Below are positions 16,318 to 24,369 of a stretch of 32,000 nucleotides of DNA, piece after piece. The translations under genes were made by a program, and so were the position numbers. How positions within the stretch are numbered: the stretch's first letter is position 1; every line of letters begins with the position of its first letter. Origin of the DNA: Vibrio cholerae ATCC 14035 (GTDB lineage: Bacteria; Pseudomonadota; Gammaproteobacteria; Enterobacterales; Vibrionaceae); NCBI RefSeq assembly GCF_000621645.1, contig NZ_KK211322.1:111717-143716 (forward strand), given 5' to 3'. The notes beneath the pieces are model-generated. The model was not told the origin of the DNA and did no database searches. It worked only from the letters and a program-made list of their open reading frames with translations.

Positions 16318-19300
16318 TTATTCACTGGTCAGGAGTTTTTGCAATTTATCGCGCTGCATTTCGATGTGAGTGCGTTCAGGGCCTGCTTCTTTGCAATGCT
16401 CAAGAATGTAGTCGAGCGAGTTCAGTACGGTTCGCCAACGCGGTGTTTTAGGCAGTGTCTCAATTCGTAAGTATTTGTCTAGGGTACGAGTTTGTAGGGT
16501 GCTGCGGTCAAGATAAACGCGCCACAAGCCACTTTGTTCGGCAAACGTGAACTTGCTTTGCCCTGAGACTCGTTCCCAATAGTTCAAGGCACTGGTCATG
16601 GCTTCGACTAACACGGCACGCATCAAATCTTGTTTCGATTGATACTCGCCCGAGGCTTTATCTGCAAGACGAGTAAACTCACCACCCAGTTCCTTGAGTT
16701 TTTGCAGCTTGTCTTTATCGCCTTCGAAGGCATAGCTAGACAGGGCTTCTACCGCGGTTTCGAGGTTATGAATCCGCGCGGCATTGACGCTGCCGCCGAC
16801 ATTAAAAATGTACATCGCTTGTAAGCCAGAACCTTGCGGCAAGCGAAGGACATCGGCAGAGAGGTGCTGGCGCACATCATCTACGTAAACATCAATATTG
16901 CCGCAGTAATGCTCTTGCTCAATATTCAAGAATTTAGGAGCAATCAGTTCTTCGGCGTTGGAGCGTTTGAGCTGCTCAGGGGTACGTCTAAATAAACGTG
17001 CTGCCGCTTCGTTAGCAAAACGTACTTTATTGCCCTCTTTAACGCACAAAATCGCTTCTGGCGCAGATTCTAACTGTTCCAATAATCGGCCTTGGGTTTC
17101 CAATAGGCTCGCTTCTACCATAGCGCGATGTTTCAACTCTTTTTGCAGTTGGGCATTCTCAATGCGGCGCAGTTCGGCTTTGCTCGCCGTGAGGTGAGCG
17201 ACAATGCGCGCGGCCAGCTCTTGTTTGTTGAATGGTTTGGATAAGTAGTCATTGGCTCCAGCTTCAAACCCTCGTACCCGGTCATCAGACTGGTTGAGAG
17301 CCGTCAGCATAATAATAGGCAGTTCAGCGTGGTCGTAAGTTTGTCGAAGTTTTTCACACACTTGATAACCGCTCATGCCTGGCATCATGATGTCGAGTAA
17401 CACCAATTCAGGTTTTTCACGTTTAATTGCTTCAAGTACTTGATGGCCATCTTGCGCGGTATGTACGCGATAACCTTCAAGACGTAAAAAGCTGTCCAGC
17501 ACACGCAGGTTGACTGGTTCATCATCGGCGACCAACAGAAGTGGGCCATGTTCATTTTCGGGTAAGTTGCTTTGCTCGGGCAGTTCAGAATCCAACACTT
17601 CCGGTGCTTGGAAGTGGGGGAGTTCGGTCAAGCGCGCTTGAGCAATCTCTTCTTCGCTCGCCAGAGGCAGCGTGAAGCTAAAGGTAGTGCCAACCATCGG
17701 CTGACTACTTACGTAGAGAGTGCCGTGCATCAATTCGATTAACTGACGACTGATGGAAAGCCCGAGTCCTGCGCCTTGGCGATAGCGACTCGCATCATGG
17801 CCCGCTTGAATCAATGGCTCAAAGATGTGCTCCAGTTGTTCTGCCGGAATCCCTTGACCTGTATCCACCACCTGCACGCGCACTTTATCGTCAATATAGG
17901 TTGCGGAGATAACAATTTTGCCTTCGGAAGTGTACTTAATGGCATTGCCGATCAAGTTATACAGGACTTGCTCTAAGCGTTGAGGATCCGCAGAAACCCA
18001 GACCGGTTGTTCTGAGACTTGATTAATAATGCGCAGCGTTTTCTTGCCAAGTAAATGGTGAGAAAGCTCCAAGACTAAGCGCGTAGCGCTCGATAAATCG
18101 ACGGCACACCTTTGAATATCCAGCGCGCCATAGCGCATTTTGTGGTAATCGAGTAGATCATCAACCAGAGTCGCCAAGCGCTGCCCACTGCTGATAATGA
18201 TGTCGAGTTGATACTTGTGCGCTGCTGAAATCGGGCCATTTGCCCCCGAGATCAGGGCTTCGGCAATACCAATCATGCCATGCAATGGGGTGCGTAATTC
18301 ATGTGATGTGGTCGCGAGGAACTCATCTTTTAGCTTATTCGCTAGCTGTAACTCATCGTTTTGCTTACGAATGATCAGTAAGTTGCTCTCTAACTCTTTA
18401 TTTTGCGATTTGATCAGCGATATTTTTTCGCGAATGGAACGCTGCATACGCTCAAAACTGACCGCCAAGCGGCCAATTTCATCTTTGCGTTCGGTATTGA
18501 TCATGGCTTCATCAAGATCGCCTGCCGAAACACGTTCGGCTGCCCATGTCAGCTTCAAAAGCGGTGAGGTAATGAAATTGGAAAGGTAATGCGAGGCGAT
18601 GACCACTAAGACGATAGCCGTCAACATCGCAAAAACAAACAGTTTCTCTAACTGACGAACGCGAGCAAACGCTTCTTTCTCTGGCAGTTCAACCACCAGA
18701 GCCCAATGGATATTTTTCAAATTGATCGGTGCGTAGGCCGCGATGATCTGTTCACCATCGGTATTGGTGTAAGTGCCTACGGCGCGTTTGCCCGATAAGG
18801 CTAAATCGACCACAGCTTTACTTTTTTCAACCGCAATTTCGGCGGAAGTTAAGGTTCTTGAGCGGTGATCTTGTCCCACTAGAATGGTTTGCATCGAAGG
18901 ATTGCTACTGCCTTCTGCGATGAGTTTGGTGATCGCATTGCTTGGTAAGCGGAACATCGCGTAACTATGCAAGTAGCCTTGCTGAATAATCGGTGCGCCA
19001 AGCCAAGCGTATTGTTTACCATCCTCTTGTACGAAATCAGAAATCACGACAGGGGTGAAATCTTCGTTGGTTTTGCGCTGTTCATTGACCGTTTGTTCTA
19101 AACGCTTGAAGGTATGGCCTAGATTGGTGTCTTGGTATTTGCCCGTTAATAAGTTGGTGCCAAAATTGTCGTATTTATAAATCGAATAAACGACGTTGCC
19201 ATCAATATCGACCAATAAAATGTCATCAAAGTCCGACCGTTTCAGCAGTTCTAAGTAAGCCCAGTGGTAGCGTTTATGCAGCAGTCGATAGCGTTCACTG

Positions 19301-19707
19301 CCCACGTAGCTGCTTGATTGGGGGAGCACCGAGGTTTTTATTTGGTCACCCGATCCGGTGATATAGCGCTGCTGAGCATGTTCACGAGCCGCTTCAATAC
19401 TGACGTCTAAACGCTGGAAAGCATTCACCAGACCATAAAAACGCCCGCCACTGGCATAAGCCAGCTCGGAGCGAACAAAACCCATCACTTCCGACTCTTT
19501 GGCCATCATGTAGTCGATGACCTGTTGCTGTTTATTATCCCGAACAGAAACGAGGTAAGAAGTGCTCTGCTGCTCCAGATCTTTACTGTGTGAATGTAGG
19601 AAAAACAACGCAGTAATGGTCAAAGGAATAATGCTGAGGGCCAAAAACGCAGCCATCAAGGTATTTTGCAGGCGTTTGAATTTTTGTTTTCGATAGAACC
19701 TAAACAT
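16318..19707 (-). CDS. chiS: ChiS, membrane-bound hybrid sensor histidine kinase with C-terminal DNA-binding region; chitin-oligosaccharide sensor controlling chb
   Basis: I trimmed the ORF-track start (19851, a TTG) to the ATG at 19707 (MFRFYRKQKFKRLQ... followed by a TM helix), giving 1129 aa. Domain order is TM, about 350 aa of periplasmic domain, TM, HAMP, HisKA (TTSHELRTPLH, His codon 18301-18303 = residue 469), HATPase_c, and receiver (LLDIMMPGMSGY, Asp codon 17392-17394 = residue 772). About 330 aa of extra C-terminal sequence follows. H469 and D772 match the residue numbers I remember for V. cholerae ChiS. Confidence 0.93.
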   Translation of the reverse strand: MFRFYRKQKFKRLQNTLMAAFLALSIIPLTITALFFLHSHSKDLEQQSTSYLVSVRDNKQQQVIDYMMAKESEVMGFVRSELAYASGGRFYGLVNAFQRLDVSIEAAREHAQQRYITGSGDQIKTSVLPQSSSYVGSERYRLLHKRYHWAYLELLKRSDFDDILLVDIDGNVVYSIYKYDNFGTNLLTGKYQDTNLGHTFKRLEQTVNEQRKTNEDFTPVVISDFVQEDGKQYAWLGAPIIQQGYLHSYAMFRLPSNAITKLIAEGSSNPSMQTILVGQDHRSRTLTSAEIAVEKSKAVVDLALSGKRAVGTYTNTDGEQIIAAYAPINLKNIHWALVVELPEKEAFARVRQLEKLFVFAMLTAIVLVVIASHYLSNFITSPLLKLTWAAERVSAGDLDEAMINTERKDEIGRLAVSFERMQRSIREKISLIKSQNKELESNLLIIRKQNDELQLANKLKDEFLATTSHELRTPLHGMIGIAEALISGANGPISAAHKYQLDIIISSGQRLATLVDDLLDYHKMRYGALDIQRCAVDLSSATRLVLELSHHLLGKKTLRIINQVSEQPVWVSADPQRLEQVLYNLIGNAIKYTSEGKIVISATYIDDKVRVQVVDTGQGIPAEQLEHIFEPLIQAGHDASRYRQGAGLGLSISRQLIELMHGTLYVSSQPMVGTTFSFTLPLASEEEIAQARLTELPHFQAPEVLDSELPEQSNLPENEHGPLLLVADDEPVNLRVLDSFLRLEGYRVHTAQDGHQVLEAIKREKPELVLLDIMMPGMSGYQVCEKLRQTYDHAELPIIMLTALNQSDDRVRGFEAGANDYLSKPFNKQELAARIVAHLTASKAELRRIENAQLQKELKHRAMVEASLLETQGRLLEQLESAPEAILCVKEGNKVRFANEAAARLFRRTPEQLKRSNAEELIAPKFLNIEQEHYCGNIDVYVDDVRQHLSADVLRLPQGSGLQAMYIFNVGGSVNAARIHNLETAVEALSSYAFEGDKDKLQKLKELGGEFTRLADKASGEYQSKQDLMRAVLVEAMTSALNYWERVSGQSKFTFAEQSGLWRVYLDRSTLQTRTLDKYLRIETLPKTPRWRTVLNSLDYILEHCKEAGPERTHIEMQRDKLQKLLTSE

Positions 19708-19789
19708 AATTAAGGTGTTACTTTCGGTGAAACTCTGCGGCGATCGCCAAGCATGAGTGGGTGATAGACAAGAAAAACCTAAAGTAACG

Positions 19790-19817
19790 AAATTAACGAG
19801 TTTTTTTACTTTGACAA
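19790..19817 (-). promoter_or_regulatory. candidate sigma70 promoter of chiS
   Basis: The minus strand reads TTGTCA (19817-19812), N16, TAATTT (19795-19790). This would give a leader of about 75 nt. Pattern match only. Confidence 0.3.
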
Positions 19818-19866
19818 GTAAGTCCAAGCTAAAGCGTGGGCATAGACGCAAAAAACGTGAGGAGAA

Positions 19867-19902
19867 TGCCGCTTTTGAGGCTGATTTACGTTAAAAGCGG
19901 CA
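19867..19902 (-). terminator. stem-loop after rsmC, possible terminator
   Basis: 10-bp stem TGCCGCTTTT/AAAAGCGGCA with a 16-nt loop, 12 nt past the rsmC stop. On the minus strand it is followed by TTCTCCTCACGTTTTTT, so the U-run is displaced and the call is only moderate. Confidence 0.4.
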
Positions 19903-19914
19903 AAATGTAACGAG

Positions 19915-20937
19915 TTATTTTTTTGCGTGATAGATGGCAAATTTATTGGTTTTAGCGGCGATATCGCAGTGACCAAACGCTTGCTCAAGAATTGGCGGAT
20001 ATTTCAAAAAGCTGTTTGCCACCACCCAGATGGAGCCTCCCGAAGCAAGATGATCTACAGATTCGGCAAGAAGACGCTCTGTGGCGCTATAGCTGGTCTC
20101 CAATCCCGAATGGAATGGTGGATTGGTCACAATATAGTTGTAGTGATGCCCGGTGTCGGAAAACATATCGGATGGATAAACGTGGCCGTGCAGTTGGTTA
20201 GCCACTAGGGTTTCTTGGCTAGAGCGAATCGCCAGAGCGCTGATGTCTGTCATCTCTAACTCAATATGAGGGTTGAGTTTTGCCATCACACAGCCCAAAA
20301 CACCGGCACCACTGCCAATATCGATTACCTTACCACTCAGGGGGGGTAAGGTATCGAGCAGTAAGCGACTTCCCAGATCAAATTCGCCATGGCTAAAAAC
20401 TCCCGGTAAGCTGCGGATCGTCAGCTCATGACCTTGATAGTCTACCGCGTAAGATTTAAACCATTGCTCAATATCAAAAGCGGCTGGAGTATGAACACAG
20501 TGTCCCCAATAAAATGAGCAGCGGCGTGCAGAGTCGTATTTGTGGATTGGGCCATAAGCGGCGAACATTTTTTCAATGCTCTTCACCCCAGAGCGGTTTT
20601 CACCGACCACCACAATTTCAGTGCCTGTACCGAGCTTTGCCAGCAGCATCGCGAGTAAGTATTCCGCTTCTTGCTTGGCTTTAGGCCAGTAAAGCAAAAT
20701 CAGATCAGCATTGAGATCTGCTGTTAATTGCTCACCAAAGTAGCGAGTAATCTCAGGGTAAGCTTTGAGCTGAGAGTAGTAGCCGTAGTGCGTGGTAAAC
20801 ACCGAAACGGAAGCGCAATATTGACGAAGTTCGATAGGAAAACGATCTTCAACTTCGCCCGCGACCAACACATGCTTATCAGCAAAATAGTCGAGTTGAC
20901 GAAGGGCGATTTCACTCGGGGCAGTATAAGGTTGCAT
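19915..20937 (-). CDS. rsmC: 16S rRNA (guanine1207-N2)-methyltransferase
   Basis: 340 aa with the SAM-binding motif [12 protein letters not shown] and the catalytic NPPFH. It has the two-domain RsmC length and layout. Confidence 0.9.
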   Translation of the reverse strand: MQPYTAPSEIALRQLDYFADKHVLVAGEVEDRFPIELRQYCASVSVFTTHYGYYSQLKAYPEITRYFGEQLTADLNADLILLYWPKAKQEAEYLLAMLLAKLGTGTEIVVVGENRSGVKSIEKMFAAYGPIHKYDSARRCSFYWGHCVHTPAAFDIEQWFKSYAVDYQGHELTIRSLPGVFSHGEFDLGSRLLLDTLPPLSGKVIDIGSGAGVLGCVMAKLNPHIELEMTDISALAIRSSQETLVANQLHGHVYPSDMFSDTGHHYNYIVTNPPFHSGLETSYSATERLLAESVDHLASGGSIWVVANSFLKYPPILEQAFGHCDIAAKTNKFAIYHAKK

Positions 20938-20950
20938 GACACGCTCTACT

Positions 20951-20988
20951 CAAGAAAAGGGGGCAGATTTTCGCACACTCTGCCCCTT
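20951..20988 (-). terminator. rho-independent terminator after the AI-2E transporter gene
   Basis: Stem GGGGCAGA/TCTGCCCC (extendable) with an 11-nt loop. The minus strand then reads CTTTTCTTG. It ends only about 20 nt before the rsmC ATG. Confidence 0.6.
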
Positions 20989-21009
20989 GAATGAAACCCT
21001 AACTTGGAC

Positions 21010-22095
21010 TTAGCTTCGGTCTTGCTGATCTAAAAAGCTGCGAAACTCTTCTTCGTAGATATTAAACAGCACCATGGTGATGGCAAAAATCAGCGGGCCA
21101 TAAATTAAGCCAATTAAACCAAACAACTGAATACCGCCGAGCAGGGAGAAGAAAATCATCAAGGTATTCATCCCTGCACTGCCTTGCATTAAGAAGGGGC
21201 GGAGTAAGTTATCAATCGAGCCCACAACCGCAACACTCCAAATGGCGAGGAAAATCGCCCAAGTCGTATCACCGGTTAAAAATAGATAGAGTGTCGCAGG
21301 GATCCAAATTAACGCAGTACCGACGACGGGGATAAAGGACGCAAAGCCCATCATGGTTCCCCAAAACAGTCCCGGGAAACCCGCCAGCCACATGCCAATT
21401 CCGCCTGCCACACCTTGCGCGATGGCGGTTAAAAAAGAGCCCATCACCGCTGATTTGGAGACATTTTCTATCTCGCTGAGCAGGCGATCTTCTTGGCTGC
21501 GAGAGAGGGGCAGAATATGGCGAATCGCACTGATGATTTTGTCGTGATCGCGCAGTAGGAAGAACAGCACAAACAGCATCAGGAAAAAATGCATCACGAA
21601 GCTGGTGGCATCCCCGAGAATTTTTGCGCTAATACTGACTAAATTACTGCCGAATGTGGTTGCAAACTGACCAATGCGTTGTGCGATTTGTTGGGGGCTG
21701 ATCTCTTCAAAAGGCAGATAGTGATTGGCTAAGCTGAGCCCTTTGACCACCCAAGGATGGTTAAAGAGAGCCTGAATTCCGCCTTGTGTAACCCATGCGT
21801 AGAGGTTTTGTGAGAACTTAGAGCCTTGTTGAACGATGGCCCCAAAAATAAACAGTAGGGGAATAACGATGATAACGGTTAGCACAACACAAGATAAAAA
21901 GGCCGCTAAATTGTTGTGTGAAGGCAGTTTCTTTTCAAACCAATCATGGATTGGAAACATCAAGAGCGAAATGATGAAGGCCATTATTATCGAGTTGATG
22001 TAAGGCTCGACCAACCAGTAACACGCGAGTGCAGAAGCGAGCAGCGCCACAACTAATACGCGATGACTGGATGCTAATTTGATTTTTTCTGACAC
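21010..22095 (-). CDS. AI-2E family transporter (PerM/YhhT/TqsA-like inner-membrane protein)
   Basis: 361 aa with about 8 hydrophobic helices and a central soluble loop, the layout typical of the UPF0118/AI-2E family. GTG start with AGGTGG SD 9 nt upstream. Confidence 0.85.
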   Translation of the reverse strand: MSEKIKLASSHRVLVVALLASALACYWLVEPYINSIIMAFIISLLMFPIHDWFEKKLPSHNNLAAFLSCVVLTVIIVIPLLFIFGAIVQQGSKFSQNLYAWVTQGGIQALFNHPWVVKGLSLANHYLPFEEISPQQIAQRIGQFATTFGSNLVSISAKILGDATSFVMHFFLMLFVLFFLLRDHDKIISAIRHILPLSRSQEDRLLSEIENVSKSAVMGSFLTAIAQGVAGGIGMWLAGFPGLFWGTMMGFASFIPVVGTALIWIPATLYLFLTGDTTWAIFLAIWSVAVVGSIDNLLRPFLMQGSAGMNTLMIFFSLLGGIQLFGLIGLIYGPLIFAITMVLFNIYEEEFRSFLDQQDRS

Positions 22096-22128
22096 AGGAG
22101 TTGTCCACCTAAAGGAATTTGAAGCGTT

Positions 22129-22157
22129 ATAATGACGCCAATTCAGCTGCTTAGCAA
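22129..22157 (-). promoter_or_regulatory. candidate sigma70 promoter of the AI-2E transporter gene
   Basis: The minus strand reads TTGCTA (22157-22152), N17, CATTAT (22134-22129). The same AT block reads TATAAT on the plus strand (22128-22133). Confidence 0.3.
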
Positions 22158-22170
22158 TCCGGAGGTCGAG

Positions 22171-22287
22171 ATGGGCTGTTGTGATAAAAATGAATGTTGT
22201 GACAAGAAAGCGAAACGTAGACCGATTCCGTGGTTTGGCGTAGTGATTTGTGCTCTCGTGCTACTGAGTCTCTATTATTGGCAATAG
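22171..22287 (+). CDS. hypothetical 38-aa Cys-rich single-pass membrane mini-protein (not in ORF track, below its length cut-off)
   Basis: ATG at 22171 preceded by GGAGG with a 5-nt spacer. Translation is MGCCDKNECCDKKAKRRPIPWFGVVICALVLLSLYYWQ: two CC pairs, a basic KKAKRR patch, then a hydrophobic helix of about 19 aa. A consensus TATAAT sits 38 nt upstream and the hemL-side hairpin lies just downstream. Confidence 0.35.
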   Translation: MGCCDKNECCDKKAKRRPIPWFGVVICALVLLSLYYWQ

Positions 22288-22301
22288 ATCTGCACTCAAT
22301 G

Positions 22302-22324
22302 AAAAAGGCAGCCGAGGCTGCCTT
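22302..22324 (-). terminator. hemL rho-independent terminator
   Basis: Stem AAGGCAGC/GCTGCCTT with a 4-nt loop, followed on the minus strand by a T-run. It lies 25 nt past the hemL stop. Confidence 0.8.
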
Positions 22325-22348
22325 CGCAAAGTGGTGACCCACAGTAGG

Positions 22349-23647
22349 TTACGCTTTCGCTTCCGCTGCCAAAATCGCAAAGCTACGATCTGCGGCTTCC
22401 AACGTGGCTTCAATCTCTTTTGAACCGTGCGCCAGTGAGGTAAAGCTTGCTTCAAAGGCAGAGGGGGCGAGATAAACGCCGTGTTGCAGCATCAGATGGA
22501 AGAAACGTTTGAAACGCTCTACATCGCAACGGGCGACATCTTCATAGCAAGTCACTGTCTCTTGTTCGGTAAAGAAGAAACCGAACATGCCGCCAACTTG
22601 GTGTACTAAAAGTGGAATACCATGTTGATCGGCCAGAGATTTAAAGCCATCAGCCAGTTGCTTGGTTTTGGCGGCTAAGCGCTTTTCATTGCCTTCTTCA
22701 CGCAGTAGATTCAGACAGGCATAGCCCGCTGCCATCGCGATTGGGTTGCCTGATAGTGTACCAGCTTGGTAAACCGGGCCTGTTGGGGCAATGTATTGCA
22801 TCACTTCACGGCGACCACCAAAAGCGCCGACTGGCATACCGCCACCGATCACTTTACCAAGTGTCGTCAAATCGGGTTTGATGTTGTAGTGCGCTTGAGC
22901 GCCGCCCAATGCGACACGAAAACCAGTCATCACTTCATCGAAAATCAGTAATGCACCTTCTTGGTCACAAATTTCACGCAGCCCTTCGTGGAAGCCTTCC
23001 ACTGGTGGGATACAGTTCATATTGCCAGCTACGGGTTCAACGATAATGCAGGCGATTTCACCTTGATTGGCCGCAAACAGCTCACGCACTGAGTCTAGAT
23101 CGTTAAAACGAGCAGTTAAGGTGTGCTTGGCAAAATCAGCAGGAACGCCGGGTGAACTTGGTTGGCCTAGAGTCAAAGCCCCAGATCCCGCTTTAACGAG
23201 TAAGCTGTCGGCATGACCATGGTAACAGCCTTCAAACTTGATGATTTTGTCACGGCCTGTATAACCACGCGCAAGACGAATCGCACTCATCGTCGCTTCA
23301 GTGCCCGAGTTCACCATCCGCAATTGTTCCATTGAAGGAACGAGCTCAGAGACCAACTCTGCCATGGTAATTTCCATCTCGGTGGGTGCACCGAAACTTA
23401 AACCGCGTTGTGCTGCTTGAATCACCGCTTCACGAATTACCGCATGGTTGTGGCCGAGAATCATTGGTCCCCATGATCCCACGTAGTCAATGTATGCTTT
23501 ACCATCGGCATCAAAAATCAGCGCGCCATCGGCACGATCAATGAAAATCGGTGAACCACCCACTCCGTTAAAGGCTCTAACAGGAGAGTTAACTCCACCC
23601 GGAATCGTGGTTTGCGCCTTTTGATACAACTCGGCTGATTTGGTCAT
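22349..23647 (-). CDS. hemL: glutamate-1-semialdehyde 2,1-aminomutase
   Basis: 432 aa with the N-terminal [12 protein letters not shown] motif and class-III aminotransferase features. AAGAGGAAA SD upstream. Confidence 0.95.
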
Positions 23648-23688
23648 GCTAGTTTCCTCTTATGATGAATCGGACCAATTTTGGGGCG

Positions 23689-23717
23689 CATTGTACGCCT
23701 ATGCTCCAGTGGGTGAA
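23689..23717 (-). promoter_or_regulatory. candidate sigma70 promoter of hemL
   Basis: The minus strand reads TTTCAC (23717-23712), N17, TACAAT (23694-23689), about 40 nt upstream of the ATG. Confidence 0.4.
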
Positions 23718-23820
23718 ATGTTTTCGCTACATTTTGATCGATTTTCCCTATCTGCATCCGCAAAATAGCGAGCAAGAAAGCGAATTTATCCGCCAAGTTG
23801 ATTCGGATTAAGGCTAATAC

Positions 23821-23849
23821 TTGAACGGCCAACTCAGGTATTAGATAAT
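23821..23849 (+). promoter_or_regulatory. candidate sigma70 promoter of erpA
   Basis: TTGAAC (23821-23826), N17, GATAAT (23844-23849). The -10 hexamer is one arm of the inverted repeat GATAAT-N7-ATTATC (23844-23862). Confidence 0.5.
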
Positions 23850-23930
23850 CGCCGCCATTATCATTATTAGATCGGCAGCACATCGGATTTTGCGGTGTTG
23901 TTGTATTTTCCACGACTGAGAGAGGTCATC

Positions 23931-24272
23931 GTGAGCGAAGTTAATGTTCCATTATCCTTTTCTGATGCGGCAGCAAAACGTGTTAAAGCGTTGATCGCAG
24001 AAGAAGAAAATCCATCGTTAATGTTGCGTGTTTACATCACTGGTGGTGGTTGTAGCGGCTTCCAATATGGCTTTACTTTCGATGAAACCGTCAACGAAGG
24101 TGACACCAAAATTGAGAATAGCGGCGTCATTTTGGTGGTTGATCCTATGAGTCTGCAATATTTGATCGGCGGAGTGGTCGATTATACCGAAGGTCTCGAA
24201 GGCTCAAGATTCTTCGTTAACAACCCCAATGCAACGACCACGTGTGGTTGCGGCGCATCATTTAGCGTCTAA
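23931..24272 (+). CDS. erpA: iron-sulfur cluster insertion protein ErpA (A-type carrier)
   Basis: I trimmed the start to the GTG at 23931 ([21 protein letters not shown]...) behind a GAGAGG SD, giving 113 aa versus 114 aa for E. coli ErpA. It has the conserved GGGCSGFQY and C-terminal CGCGASF cluster ligands. Confidence 0.92.
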   Translation: MSEVNVPLSFSDAAAKRVKALIAEEENPSLMLRVYITGGGCSGFQYGFTFDETVNEGDTKIENSGVILVVDPMSLQYLIGGVVDYTEGLEGSRFFVNNPNATTTCGCGASFSV

Positions 24273-24349
24273 TCCTGAGATTTTTCAGGAAAATAAGGCC
24301 AGTCGATAAACTCGATTGGCCGACGCTGCGTATTAGGATGTCACGCAGC
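24273..24349 (+). other. three consecutive stem-loops between erpA and vexE (none with a U-tract)
   Basis: The stems are TCCTGA/TCAGGA (24273-24290), GGCCAGTCGA/TCGATTGGCC (24297-24321, 10 bp with one G-U) and CGCTGCGT/ACGCAGCG (24323-24349). Confidence 0.4.
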
Positions 24350-24369
24350 GATAACAATAAGGAATAGTT

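Noticed and set aside
15980-16369. 129-aa plus-strand ORF (MCHSSAQYEGTNSS...) in the cbp-chiS intergenic region, likely the sort of ORF once annotated as a hypothetical protein
   Set aside because: It runs straight through both ERIC-like repeats and the chiS terminator hairpin, and it overlaps the 3' end of chiS. It has no SD and a Cys/Leu/Trp-rich composition typical of translated repeat DNA.
19739-19748. 10-bp palindrome GGCGATCGCC in the chiS leader (HIP1-like core GCGATCGC)
   Set aside because: It is a single occurrence with no repeat partner. It cannot form a hairpin because it has no loop, and it is probably a chance palindrome.
19708-19851. 48-aa N-terminal extension of chiS in the ORF track (start at 19851)
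   Set aside because: The extension begins at a TTG, has no SD and reads as non-protein-like sequence. The ATG at 19707 gives the basic-then-TM N-terminus expected of a membrane sensor. It also gives a 1129-aa product in which the catalytic His and Asp fall at the remembered positions 469 and 772.
22151-22455. 63-aa and 64-aa minus-strand ORFs between or overlapping hemL and the transporter gene
   Set aside because: One spans the hemL terminator hairpin and the other lies inside the hemL 3' end in another frame. Neither has an SD or a protein-like composition.
23644-23913. 89-aa minus-strand ORF covering the hemL-erpA divergent promoter region
   Set aside because: It overlaps the hemL start codon and both candidate promoters. 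It has no SD or motifs and is best explained as chance in an AT-rich spacer.
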